Shown: positions 17,198 to 26,353, numbered from the stretch's first letter. The stretch is DNA of 32,000 bases from Nitrosopumilus sp. (GCF_965223225.1 NZ_CBDCVU010000004.1:570378-602377); one strand, 5' to 3'. The notes: generated by a model not told the origin, from the sequence alone. Numbers and translations: made by a program.

Positions 17198-17348
17198 TCT
17201 AGAGAAAGAGAATAGTACTAAAAAGAAAACAATTTCCGTATTTCATTGATTAAAATTCTTCTAAATTCACATCAAAAAAAACAGATCAAGTGATGGCATA
17301 CATGAAAATTATTTTTTATGGTTGTGATTTAGTAATAATTGAGATAAA

Positions 17349-18209
17349 ATGCAATTAATGGAAAAATTTCTGTTTAAAATAGCAAAAAAATGGATTGCAG
17401 GGGACACAATTGATGACGCTCTTACATCAGCTAAAACTGCATATCAAATGAAAAGACACGCAATCATCAACAAACTAGGAGAGTACCATACCACAAAAAA
17501 GCAGGTGCAAGAATCAATTGATGATTATCAAAAGATTGCCAATTCCTTTAGAAGATGGAAGATTCGGGGTGCAATCTCTGTAAAACCCACACAAATCGGA
17601 CTGTCAATTAGCCAAAAACAGTGTTACAAAAGTTTGGAAGAAATCCTCCAAAAATTGAGTGCTGCCCACGTCTTTGTATGGCTTGACATGGAGTCCTCAG
17701 AACATACTGATGAGACAATTGAGCTTTACTCTTCATTTTTTTCAAAATATGAAAGGCTGGGAATTGCCTTGCAGGCAAATCTCAAGAGAACAGAAGATGA
17801 CTTGAACCATCTAATAGGGATAGGTGCCAAAATTCGCCTCGTAAAGGGAGCTTATAGAGAAAAATCAAGCATCTCTTTTAGAGCAAGAGAAGACGTTGAT
17901 AAAAATTACATAAAATTGATGACAATTTTATTCAAAAAAGGAAATGAGTTTGCAATTGCATCTCATGATAATACAATAATAAAAAAAGCAGAAACCTTAT
18001 CCAAAAAGTATCCAAGAAAGTTTGAGTTTGAGTTTCTCAAAGGAATACGAGAGGAGATCAAACCAGATCTGATAAGAAAGGGATTTGTTGTTTCAGACTA
18101 TATCCCGTATGGAACAAATTGGCTTGCATATTCCATTAGGCGAATAAAGGAGAGAAAGAGAAACATCTTGTTGCTTGGAAGTTCTTTGCTTCAATCACAA
18201 CGAGTCTGA
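17349..18209 (+). CDS. Monofunctional proline dehydrogenase
   Basis: TIM-barrel PRODH pattern: IAGDTIDDAL, ISVKPTQIGL, VWLDMESSEHTDETI, IALQANLKRTEDD, IRLVKGAY. The C-terminal RRIKERKRN helix is also present. Confidence 0.85.
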   Translation: MQLMEKFLFKIAKKWIAGDTIDDALTSAKTAYQMKRHAIINKLGEYHTTKKQVQESIDDYQKIANSFRRWKIRGAISVKPTQIGLSISQKQCYKSLEEILQKLSAAHVFVWLDMESSEHTDETIELYSSFFSKYERLGIALQANLKRTEDDLNHLIGIGAKIRLVKGAYREKSSISFRAREDVDKNYIKLMTILFKKGNEFAIASHDNTIIKKAETLSKKYPRKFEFEFLKGIREEIKPDLIRKGFVVSDYIPYGTNWLAYSIRRIKERKRNILLLGSSLLQSQRV

Positions 18210-19765
18210 GTTTGAGTGCGCAAAAATTGTTGCAAGTAGTTTTCTCCTCCAGCTCCTTTTCCAGTTGTTCCTGAATGTTTCCATCCTACAAAAGGCTGGC
18301 TTGAAACCAAGGCTGCAGTGGTAGCACTGGCAGAACGATTTGCATACACGACTCCTGAATGAATCTTTGAGAAAAAGTCGTCCAGTTGCTTTTGGTCTTC
18401 TGAAAAAATTCCAGCTGTTAGACCATACTCTGAACTGTTTGCAAGCTTTACTGCATCATCAAAATTCCTGTATCTCTGAATGCACAAAAATGGCAAGAAT
18501 AACTCTTCTCTCATAAGCTTGTGTTCTTCAGGCAATTTTTCAACTATTGTGGGTTCTACAAAGTAACCATTTTCAAGTGAATCTGTTTTGATCACAGAAC
18601 CGCCAGTTAGGATATGACCGTCTTTTTTTGCAATCTCAGATGCATTCTCAAATTTTGATTTTGCATCTGAATTGATTATTGGCCCAAGAAAGACATCTTT
18701 TATCCAAGGCATTCCAACCTTGATCTTTTTTGTATTTTCAACTAATTTTTCAATGAATTCTTCTGCAATCTCCTCTTGTACATAGACTCTGGAGCATGCA
18801 CTACACTTTTGTCCCCCGTATCCAAATGCAGCGCTCATGACACCGTTTGCAGCCTTGTCCAAGTCTGCGTTTTTTGTGACGATTACGGGATTTTTTCCTC
18901 CCATTTCTGAAATGAACGGCTTTGTTGTATTCTTTGTAAATTCCTGAAATCCCTTCATTCCTACCTCTCTTGAGCCAGTAAATGCAATGCCGTCAACATC
19001 TTTGCTCTGAATCAATGTTCTTCCAACTGTTCCTCCAGAACCTGTCACAAAATTTATCACGCCTGCAGGAATTTTTGAATACAAGTATTTCGCAAAGTAA
19101 AATGAAGACAAAGGAGTATCACTTGCCGGTTTTAGGATAGCAGTATTTCCAGTAATCAATGCACCGGTTGTCATACCAATTGCTATTGCAGAAGGAAAGT
19201 TAAACGGAGAAATTATCCCCCATACTCCGTAGGGCTTCATGACTGTCTGGGTCTTTTCGTTGGGATTTGGATGAGATGTTCTCTTGCAAAAGCCGTCATT
19301 AATTTCCATCTGGTACGCATAAAATCGCATAAAATCAATTGCCTCATCAACATCTCCCATTGCCTCAAAACGATTCTTTCCGTTCTCAAAGGTCATTATT
19401 GCAGCCAAGAAGAATTTCTTTGATGCAAAATAATCTGCACATTGCCTAAAAATTTCAACTCGTTTTTGAAACGAAAAATTACTCCACTGCTCAAATGCCT
19501 TTTTTGAACTTGAGATTGCATCTTCTGTATCTGAAACAGTGGAACTTGGAAAGTCTGCGATTTTAATCCGTCTGTCAGAAGGAGAATAAGCTGAAAAATT
19601 ATCCTCTGAGTAAATCTCTTTACCGTTAATGATAATCGGAAATGTCTGTCCTAATTCCTTTTTTGCCTCATCGACAGCTTTTTCAAAATTTTCATGAAAT
19701 TCCTGAGTGGAATTTGCAGCTAGTGCATTTCCCCAAGTAAACTCATTTTTGAATTCAACAGTCAT
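18191..19765 (-). CDS. 1-pyrroline-5-carboxylate (L-glutamate gamma-semialdehyde) dehydrogenase, ALDH superfamily
   Basis: ALDH motifs FTGSREVG, the catalytic Glu in SEMGGKNP and the catalytic Cys in GQKCSACSRVYV (RocA/PruA-like). Start is either ATG 19765 (MTVEFKNEF) or ATG 19798. Confidence 0.9.
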   Translation of the reverse strand: MTVEFKNEFTWGNALAANSTQEFHENFEKAVDEAKKELGQTFPIIINGKEIYSEDNFSAYSPSDRRIKIADFPSSTVSDTEDAISSSKKAFEQWSNFSFQKRVEIFRQCADYFASKKFFLAAIMTFENGKNRFEAMGDVDEAIDFMRFYAYQMEINDGFCKRTSHPNPNEKTQTVMKPYGVWGIISPFNFPSAIAIGMTTGALITGNTAILKPASDTPLSSFYFAKYLYSKIPAGVINFVTGSGGTVGRTLIQSKDVDGIAFTGSREVGMKGFQEFTKNTTKPFISEMGGKNPVIVTKNADLDKAANGVMSAAFGYGGQKCSACSRVYVQEEIAEEFIEKLVENTKKIKVGMPWIKDVFLGPIINSDAKSKFENASEIAKKDGHILTGGSVIKTDSLENGYFVEPTIVEKLPEEHKLMREELFLPFLCIQRYRNFDDAVKLANSSEYGLTAGIFSEDQKQLDDFFSKIHSGVVYANRSASATTAALVSSQPFVGWKHSGTTGKGAGGENYLQQFLRTQTQTRCD

Positions 19766-20612
19766 GATTCTCTCCTGATGCAAAGATTGTTTCTGCAATT
19801 ATTCTGGAGGCCAAATGTGATGTCCTGTCTTTGATATCATAGCTAGGACATACCTCCATAATGTCCATTCCTATGATTCCTTTTTGCGCTATTTTTTGCA
19901 GCAAATAGACACAATCAACACTGTTAAGGCCCAAGGGAACCGGCACTGAAACTCCTGGTGCAAATGCAGGATCGATGCAGTCCATATCAAAAGAAACGTA
20001 TACCTTTTCCCCTAATTTGCTAATTATGGAATTTGCAATTTTTTCTATTCCATGTTTTTGTATATCAAATGGAGTTATTACCTGAAAATCGTATTTTTTT
20101 ATGTTATCCAATTCTTCTTGTTCAGGAGTACGTATTCCTATTTGAACACTGGACTCTAATTCCACATATGGCATTACATCGGTAATTACTGAACCATAAT
20201 AGTTTGCATGAGAGCTAACAAAATCTGGATGGGCATCAAAATACACAAGTGAAATCCTTGAATCAGGCTTTGACATTGATGTGATGATGTCTCTGGTAAT
20301 GGAATGATCCCCTCCAATTGAGATTGGAATCTTTGACTTTGCTGAAAACTTTTCAAAAATGTCCTTTATGCAATCCCTTGTAATGTCTCCAAAGTCATGG
20401 ACTCTTTTCTCAATTCCTCCAAATGGAAGTCCTAGGGATAGTGTGCCATCTCTATCATAAGAATCATGTGTGTTTGAAATTTGCCTTATTCTTGAAGGTG
20501 CCTCTTTGGTACCTTTTCTTAGTGCATGTGATTGGGACTCGTCAGGTATGCCTACAATTACAAATTCTGCATCATCTAGATTTTTGGTGTTGGCCCAACA
20601 GATATTTTCCAC
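19755..20612 (-). CDS. Arginase/agmatinase-family ureohydrolase
   Basis: Mn-ligand motifs GGDHSIT, DAHPD and SFDMDCIDPAFAPG. The stop overlaps the P5CDH start. Confidence 0.9.
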   Translation of the reverse strand: MENICWANTKNLDDAEFVIVGIPDESQSHALRKGTKEAPSRIRQISNTHDSYDRDGTLSLGLPFGGIEKRVHDFGDITRDCIKDIFEKFSAKSKIPISIGGDHSITRDIITSMSKPDSRISLVYFDAHPDFVSSHANYYGSVITDVMPYVELESSVQIGIRTPEQEELDNIKKYDFQVITPFDIQKHGIEKIANSIISKLGEKVYVSFDMDCIDPAFAPGVSVPVPLGLNSVDCVYLLQKIAQKGIIGMDIMEVCPSYDIKDRTSHLASRIIAETIFASGENHDC

Positions 20613-20770
20613 AATTTCCCTATGATGGCATAGAATTTGTATTTTTTAGTGTGATTTTAGATACGTATGCCAGTAAAAAATAAAATCAAATGGCAAAAAG
20701 AAATACGCCAAAATAATTTTAGATTATCTTTATGAAAACATTCATGAGTAATCAATGATCTAATCTCTTC

Positions 20771-21592
20771 ATGTATGATGCGGCAGTTAGTAACCACTAT
20801 GGGATTAGTGGAATCATGGATTCAATTCTAAACGGTCTTGAAAAAGCAGGTAAGAGTCTGGATTCACTGGTTCCAAGTGATCTTTCCCCTATTGATGAAT
20901 TTCACACAAGAGGAAAAGAATCTACTATAGAAATTGCAAGCCTTGGCAAGATTCAGTCCCATCATAAGGTATTGGATGTAGGATGTGGCTTGGGTGGTTC
21001 TGCACGATACATTGCAAATGAATTTGGTTGCTCTGTAATGGGAGTTGATCTAACTGATGAGTACATTGACGTGGCAAATCGTCTGACAGATCTTGTTAAT
21101 CTATCAGAGAAAGTATCATTTAAACAGGCAAGTGCATTGGACATTCCTTTTTCTTCAGATAGTTTTGATATTGTATGGACAGAACATACACAGATGAATA
21201 TTCCAGACAAGAAAAAATTCTATGGTGGATTGAATCGAGTTCTCAAACCTGGTGGAAAACTAGTCTTCCATGATGTCTTTGGCACAGACAAGTTACCATA
21301 CTACCCAACACCATGGGCAGAATTTGATTCATTGAGTTCATTGTGTACCCAAGAGCAAGCAAAAGATGCAATTGTAAACTCTAACTTCATAATTGAAAAA
21401 TGGATTGACAAAAGTAAATTGTCTGAGGAATTTTTTAAAGGAATGTTGAAAAAAATTGAAATGTCTGGCCCTCCGCCTTTGGGATTTCATCTGTTGATGG
21501 GAAAAACTGCAAAACAAAAATTACTCAATCTAGCACGGAACCTTGAAGAAAACAGATTAGCTATTGTTCAAGGAACTGCAATAAAGGATTGA
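20771..21592 (+). CDS. Class I SAM-dependent methyltransferase
   Basis: Motif I VLDVGCGLGGSARYIA, post-I VMGVDLT, FDIVWTEHTQMNI and GGKLVFHD. Substrate unknown. Confidence 0.85.
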   Translation: MYDAAVSNHYGISGIMDSILNGLEKAGKSLDSLVPSDLSPIDEFHTRGKESTIEIASLGKIQSHHKVLDVGCGLGGSARYIANEFGCSVMGVDLTDEYIDVANRLTDLVNLSEKVSFKQASALDIPFSSDSFDIVWTEHTQMNIPDKKKFYGGLNRVLKPGGKLVFHDVFGTDKLPYYPTPWAEFDSLSSLCTQEQAKDAIVNSNFIIEKWIDKSKLSEEFFKGMLKKIEMSGPPPLGFHLLMGKTAKQKLLNLARNLEENRLAIVQGTAIKD

Positions 21593-21599
21593 ATTGGAA

Positions 21600-21947
21600 T
21601 TAATTGCCTAGTATTTCTTGTAATACTTTGGCATGGATTGGATCAGGTTCTTTTGCTGCATAAAGAAGCGTGATGTTTTTCTTGCCTTGTATCTTTTCTC
21701 TAATCTTATTTACAGAATCAGGCTTGCTTGCAAGTTCAATAATGTACTTTTTTTGAAATTGTTTTACTTTTTCTAAATTTTGCAAATACCACTTTCTCAA
21801 ATCATTGCTTGGAGCAATATCTTTTGACCACAAATCTATCTTAGCCCGCTCTTTTGTGATTCCTCTTGGCCATAATCTGTCTATCAATATCCTGTATCCG
21901 TCACTTTCGGAGCCTTCCTCGTAAATCCGTTTAATCTGTATCATCAT
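21600..21947 (-). CDS. YeaO-like DUF488 protein
   Basis: MIQIKRIYEEGSESDGYRILIDRLWPRGITKERAKIDLWSKDIAPSNDLRKWY closely parallels the E. coli YeaO N-terminus (recalled from memory). LLYAAKEP lies near the C-terminus. Confidence 0.85.
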   Translation of the reverse strand: MMIQIKRIYEEGSESDGYRILIDRLWPRGITKERAKIDLWSKDIAPSNDLRKWYLQNLEKVKQFQKKYIIELASKPDSVNKIREKIQGKKNITLLYAAKEPDPIHAKVLQEILGN

Positions 21948-21956
21948 ACTAACATG

Positions 21957-22358
21957 CTAATGCAATACGGTGACAGGTCGCTTGAAAACCTGCCTGTAGT
22001 TTCTCCTTTTTCCGTCTTTGAAGACTGTTTTTGGATAGTGTTTCATTGAAAATGTGGCCATTTGATCAATTATTCCCTGAAGGTCCTCTCCCTTTTTTGT
22101 AAGTGTATACTCGATTCGGATTGGAACCTCATCATACACTGTTCTTTGTATAATTCCTGTCTCTTCAAGCTCCTTTAGTCTTAAAGCAAGAGTTTTTGGA
22201 TTTATGTTCTCAATTGTCCCTAGAAACTCGTTGAACCTGGTTTGATTCCTCATGGCCATATTTCTAACTATGTGGAAAGTGAATTTTTTTCCAATTATTT
22301 TAAAGGTATTGTCTACCGGACAATTTTTTATCATATGTTCTAATGTTGCACTGTTCAT
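21957..22358 (-). CDS. HxlR-family winged-helix transcriptional regulator
   Basis: CPVDNTFKIIGKKFTFHIVRNM...RFNEF...INPKTLALRLKELEETGIIQRTVYDEVPIRIEYTLTKKGEDL. It lies 9 bp upstream of the DUF488 gene. Confidence 0.9.
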   Translation of the reverse strand: MNSATLEHMIKNCPVDNTFKIIGKKFTFHIVRNMAMRNQTRFNEFLGTIENINPKTLALRLKELEETGIIQRTVYDEVPIRIEYTLTKKGEDLQGIIDQMATFSMKHYPKTVFKDGKRRNYRQVFKRPVTVLH

Positions 22359-22387
22359 GACAAAACAAACCAGAATATTCTATTAAA

Positions 22388-22501
22388 ACTTACCTAAGTA
22401 TAGTAACTAATAAAGAGTAACTTACCATGTGGTAATTAGATGTAGATCACTTCCCTTTCTACTATAAATAAAGTATTGATAGTAACTTACCTTAGGTAAG
22501 T
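22388..22501. promoter_or_regulatory. Three ACTTACC-containing palindromes in the HxlR divergent region (candidate operators)
   Basis: 22388-22399 is ACTTA-CC-TAAGT. 22422-22435 is TTACC-ATGT-GGTAA. 22485-22501 is ACTTACC-TTA-GGTAAGT (perfect 7-bp arms). A TATA-like CTATAAATAAA sits at about 22462-22472. Confidence 0.5.
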
Positions 22502-22643
22502 GAGATGAGAACAACTAAAACAAACAAAGAAGGAAAAAAATACAAGAAATTTAAAATTTCTAATTCCTATCTTTGTTCCCTATCTCCTGAAATGGTTGTT
22601 CTCACTCTTACTGCTTTTGAAAGAAAAGGAGGTGAAACATAAT

Positions 22644-22961
22644 ATGGCTTTATTTGGAATATATGGAAGACATGAAATTGATGCTTGCCCAATCAACAAC
22701 TCTGTGAATCGAGAGATGATGATAAAAATTGGCAAAAGAGACATGAAAGCAGTATGCTCAAACTACAAAATTAACAAGATTATTGGAAGATTTCACTCCG
22801 CATTAGAACACACATTTTTGTGGATTGTAGATGCTGAAGATCCTCATCTTATTCAAAAATTGGCAATGGAAGGAGGAGTTGCAAGCTTCAACGAAGTAAA
22901 AATTGTACCGCTCATAGAATTTGAGAATGTGGTAAAAATGCTAGAAAAAATGGATAACTAG
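22644..22961 (+). CDS. Small hypothetical alpha/beta protein, divergent from HxlR
   Basis: ATG at 22644 is preceded by GGAGGTGA (22628-22635), complementary to the archaeal 16S 3' end, with an 8-nt spacer. The track's TTG start at 22596 is unlikely. Confidence 0.65.
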   Translation: MALFGIYGRHEIDACPINNSVNREMMIKIGKRDMKAVCSNYKINKIIGRFHSALEHTFLWIVDAEDPHLIQKLAMEGGVASFNEVKIVPLIEFENVVKMLEKMDN

Positions 22962-23146
22962 AGGGAGACGAAAAAACAATCTTTTCTTTTTATTTTCATT
23001 TTTTTGATTACTTTTTGATTGTGACTGCCTTTTGATAATTTCTGCCTAATTATGCTCAATTCCTTTTATTGAAGACCTGTGTGGATTCTCCATGTGTAAG
23101 ATTTTCAGAGAAAATTTTAACATAAAAATGATTTTAAGGAAATAAA

Positions 23147-24427
23147 ATGACGTTCAAGGACTATCTCTTCAAAAATTTGTGGCTCCAGGTTGTAATGTCC
23201 CTCCTTATAGGGTTGGGAGTCGGGATAGTCCTGGGTGATGATGCAGGTGTTTCACTTGCAGATGATGATATTGACTTTGTTTCGTCCTATCTTTCAATTC
23301 CTGCAAGCATATTTTTGAGTGTGATTCACATGATTATTGTTCCATTAATCTTCTCTTCAATTGTTATTGCGATTACCTCGCTTGGCTCACGTGAAAAACT
23401 AAAGACTCTGGGGGTAGGCGTTGGAGTCTATTTTGTAATTACTACTACGATTGCAATAGCCATAGCTGTCATTCTGGTCTCTATTGTATCGCCTGGAAGC
23501 CTTCTTGACATAACTCAACTGCAAGAATCATATGATATAGAAGACAAAGAAATGGAAATCAAAGACGGATTTTCATTTGATGATGTACCAAATGCAGTAT
23601 CAAACATAATTCCTAGAAATCCAATAACGTCGTATCTTGAAGGACAGATGCTAAACATTCTTGTCTTTGCAATGATTGTTGGACTGGCAATGGCGTCTCT
23701 TCCAAAAGAATCCGTCAAACCTCTGCTAGATTTATTGGAGTCTATTCAAAAAATCACAATACACATCCTAATGTTTTCCATGAAGATTGTACCGTTTGCA
23801 GTATTTGGGTTGATTGTCGGAATGGTAGCCAAAGTAGGAATAGACTCTATGATTGGAATGGGTGCATACATGGGAACCGTCTTTTTGGGACTAGGAGTTA
23901 TGTTGTTAGTTTATGTATTGTTTTTGAAATTTATTGCAAAGAGATCCATCCTGTCTACATTTACAAAATTCCGCAACCCTCAATCTCTGGCATTCTCCAC
24001 TGGCAGCTCAATGGCCACAATGCCTGTAACCTTGAAGACTGCAGAAGAGAGCCTAAAGGTAGACCCACGAGTTTCAAAATTTGTAATTCCATTTGGAACT
24101 ACTGTAAACATGGATGGTACTGCATTATACCAGGTAATTGCTGTGTTCTTTTTGGCGCAATTGTTCTCAATTGAATTAAGTCTGATATCGATATTTGTGA
24201 TAATAATTACCACTCTTTTGGCCTCTATTGGAACTCCTGCTGTTCCAGGAGCTGGTGTGATTGTATTGTCTACAATACTGGTGACAGTTGGAATTCCTCC
24301 AATTGGTATTGTGCTGCTAATTTCTGTGGATCGAATTTTGGATATGACTAGAACTATGGTAAATGTAACCGGAGACCTTACCGCATCATGTGTATTCGAT
24401 AAAATAACAGCGTCCAAGGCAAACTAG
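23147..24427 (+). CDS. Dicarboxylate/amino acid:cation symporter (DAACS; GltP/GltPh-type)
   Basis: Family motifs SSMATMPVT (HP1), GTTVNMDGTALYQ (TM7), GTPAVPGAG (HP2) and DRILDMTRTMVNVTGD (TM8, retaining the Arg linked to acidic substrates). Confidence 0.93.
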   Translation: MTFKDYLFKNLWLQVVMSLLIGLGVGIVLGDDAGVSLADDDIDFVSSYLSIPASIFLSVIHMIIVPLIFSSIVIAITSLGSREKLKTLGVGVGVYFVITTTIAIAIAVILVSIVSPGSLLDITQLQESYDIEDKEMEIKDGFSFDDVPNAVSNIIPRNPITSYLEGQMLNILVFAMIVGLAMASLPKESVKPLLDLLESIQKITIHILMFSMKIVPFAVFGLIVGMVAKVGIDSMIGMGAYMGTVFLGLGVMLLVYVLFLKFIAKRSILSTFTKFRNPQSLAFSTGSSMATMPVTLKTAEESLKVDPRVSKFVIPFGTTVNMDGTALYQVIAVFFLAQLFSIELSLISIFVIIITTLLASIGTPAVPGAGVIVLSTILVTVGIPPIGIVLLISVDRILDMTRTMVNVTGDLTASCVFDKITASKAN

Positions 24428-24705
24428 TGATATCGTAAACATCGGTAGTCAATTTTGAAATAATAACCAAGAGAGCATACTATGCTGGTTTTTTTGAAAG
24501 AAAAAAATTATCAATAGGGAAAACAAGCGTCAGTGTGATGGGTATGATGGATTTTTTGATAAAACAAACTGATCAGATATCTGCTTCAATGCCTGAATGT
24601 GACAATATCAGCACTGATGGACAAGAGGAAGAATGATGTCTACTAATTTCAAAATGATTTTTCCGTTTTAGATATTCAAATATTGCATGATTTTTCTGTC
24701 ATTCT

Positions 24706-25146
24706 ATGGATAAAACCGATGTCGAATTGTTGTGGGTTTTGCAGCAATCCTCGCCTGATTCACTCTCTTTTGAAGAAATCAAAAAGAAGAACAAAACACT
24801 GTTAAAAAGTGACAATTTAGAGGAAAAAATTGAATTGATGCAAAAGGATGGATTAATTGAAATCAATAAAGGCAATCAAAATAATGGAATCCACAAAATT
24901 ACGAAAAAAGGAATCGATCTGATCTGGAAGGGCGAAACATGGAAGCCAATCTTTAATTTAATCAAACTAGTAGATCCTGAAAAATACACTAGTAATGAGA
25001 TACGTAGAATCACAAACAAATCCCTGGTAGAATGTGTTACTGATATAGAATATTTGAGAAAAGAACTCAAACTAATAGAAGGACAATCAAAGAGATTCAA
25101 ATTGTATTTTGTTCTTTCAGAAAAAGGAAGATCCTATGAAAATTAA
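24706..25146 (+). CDS. Hypothetical protein, possibly winged-helix
   Basis: 146-aa ORF. Segments LSFEEIKKK...MQKDGLIEINKG and SNEIRRITNKSL...LKLIEGQ look wHTH-like. The call is weak. Confidence 0.5.
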   Translation: MDKTDVELLWVLQQSSPDSLSFEEIKKKNKTLLKSDNLEEKIELMQKDGLIEINKGNQNNGIHKITKKGIDLIWKGETWKPIFNLIKLVDPEKYTSNEIRRITNKSLVECVTDIEYLRKELKLIEGQSKRFKLYFVLSEKGRSYEN

Positions 25147-25233
25147 CGAAAATTCAAAATCAATAATCATAATTCATTGAAAATTGTTACTATTGTATTG
25201 CAATTTTTATTGAATTTGTTTTTGAAATAATCC

Positions 25234-25431
25234 TTATTGGCGTCTTTTATTTACTGTCGCTATCTTTTTTTGAGATCTACTCTCTTTTGTTTTAGCTTTT
25301 GCCTTGTCTACTTTTCCTTCTTTTTTTATGCTTTTTCCACTTCGTCTGGCAGCTCGCGATGCCTTAGCTCTCATTTTTTGTTCTTCTTTCTGATTCTCTT
25401 TTTCTTCTTCTGTTAATTTTGTTCTTACCAT
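25234..25431 (-). CDS. Highly basic 65-aa protein
   Basis: ATG start. 24 of 65 residues are K/R (16 K, 8 R), following an acidic N-terminal patch TEEEKENQKEEQ. Confidence 0.45.
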   Translation of the reverse strand: MVRTKLTEEEKENQKEEQKMRAKASRAARRSGKSIKKEGKVDKAKAKTKESRSQKKIATVNKRRQ

Positions 25432-25564
25432 ACATGATTAAACTGCCTGTTTGTAGATAAATCTGTTCATTTATTTCAAATTAGGTTTTAAGATATTTTA
25501 GATCTTGCTCTAAAGTTGTTTTTGGTTGCTATTTTGAATTTAATGTGTTTTACGTTCTTGTTTA

Positions 25565-26330
25565 CTATTGAATCGCTTGTGTGATTGTGTTTAACTTGTT
25601 AATCTGTTTTTTGAACTTCTCTTTATCTAAACTTGGTTGGTTCAAAAATTCAACAAAATTTTCTATCCAAATCTGGATTTTTACTTGATATCTTCCAATA
25701 TCTGGTTCTGTAAACATCACTCGGATTGGGGGTGCAGCTAGTATTTTCTTTATTTCTGATTCTGTAGACATTGTTTTTTCGAGCATTTGAAATACTCTAT
25801 GTATATTTTCATGAACTATGACCTCAAGCACTGTCCAAAATATGGCCGCACTTTGTGACTCGATTTTTTGCTCTTCTAATTGTGACATTCTAAATGCAGC
25901 TAGATTCATCATTCTCTTTATAGCTCGTGGATTTTTTGGTCCGATTTGTATCAAAAGCGATAAAATCTTACTGTTAATCTCTTTGTTTTCACTTTTACCT
26001 AGAAGAGATTGGTAGAACTCTTCTAATTGTTCCTCACTTGGTGTTGGCATTCCAATTCTGACCTGGAATATTTTTTGCAAATATGACCTTCCCTCTTCTT
26101 CTGATTTTTTATCTGTGCCATATTTTTGATACCATGCTTGCTCTAATCTCTTAAAATCAACTGCTGCAACACAAATGATTTTAGATGTTTTAAAAATTCT
26201 TCCTCCTCGATGTCATTACGTTTGTAATTACAGGAAGGAAATACACAATTAAAATTCAACATTTGGGATCTCTCTTGGTTGTTTTTACCTTTTCCTCAAA
26301 AATTTCCTGTCGTGATTATTAATTTTTAAT
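25565..26330 (-). pseudogene. Decayed KAP-family P-loop NTPase relic
   Basis: The 25565-26080 ORF has only a TTG start, and its frame continues upstream to 26212 without any Met. It reads KIICVAAVDFKRLEQAW...GRSYLQKIFQVRIGMPTPS...NPRAIKRMMNLAAF, matching KAP motifs. Further upstream, in another frame, it reads KLIITTGNF[TGA]GKGKN, matching G-x-W-G-x-G-K-S/T with Trp replaced by a stop, then NDIEEEEFLKHLK. Confidence 0.6.
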
Positions 26331-26353
26331 CTATAAATCAAAAAATAGAAGAG

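Noticed and set aside
23515-24417. Minus-strand ORFs of 67 and 145 aa inside the transporter gene
   Set aside because: They are antisense to a CDS carrying all the DAACS signature motifs. Long antisense frames are common in hydrophobic, codon-biased membrane genes.
2116-26330. The idea that the trypco2-like gene and the KAP NTPase relic form one functional conflict system
   Set aside because: They are about 23 kb apart and separated by housekeeping and metabolic genes. Both appear disrupted, and no effector (peptidase or nuclease) is adjacent to either. At most they are independent remnants.
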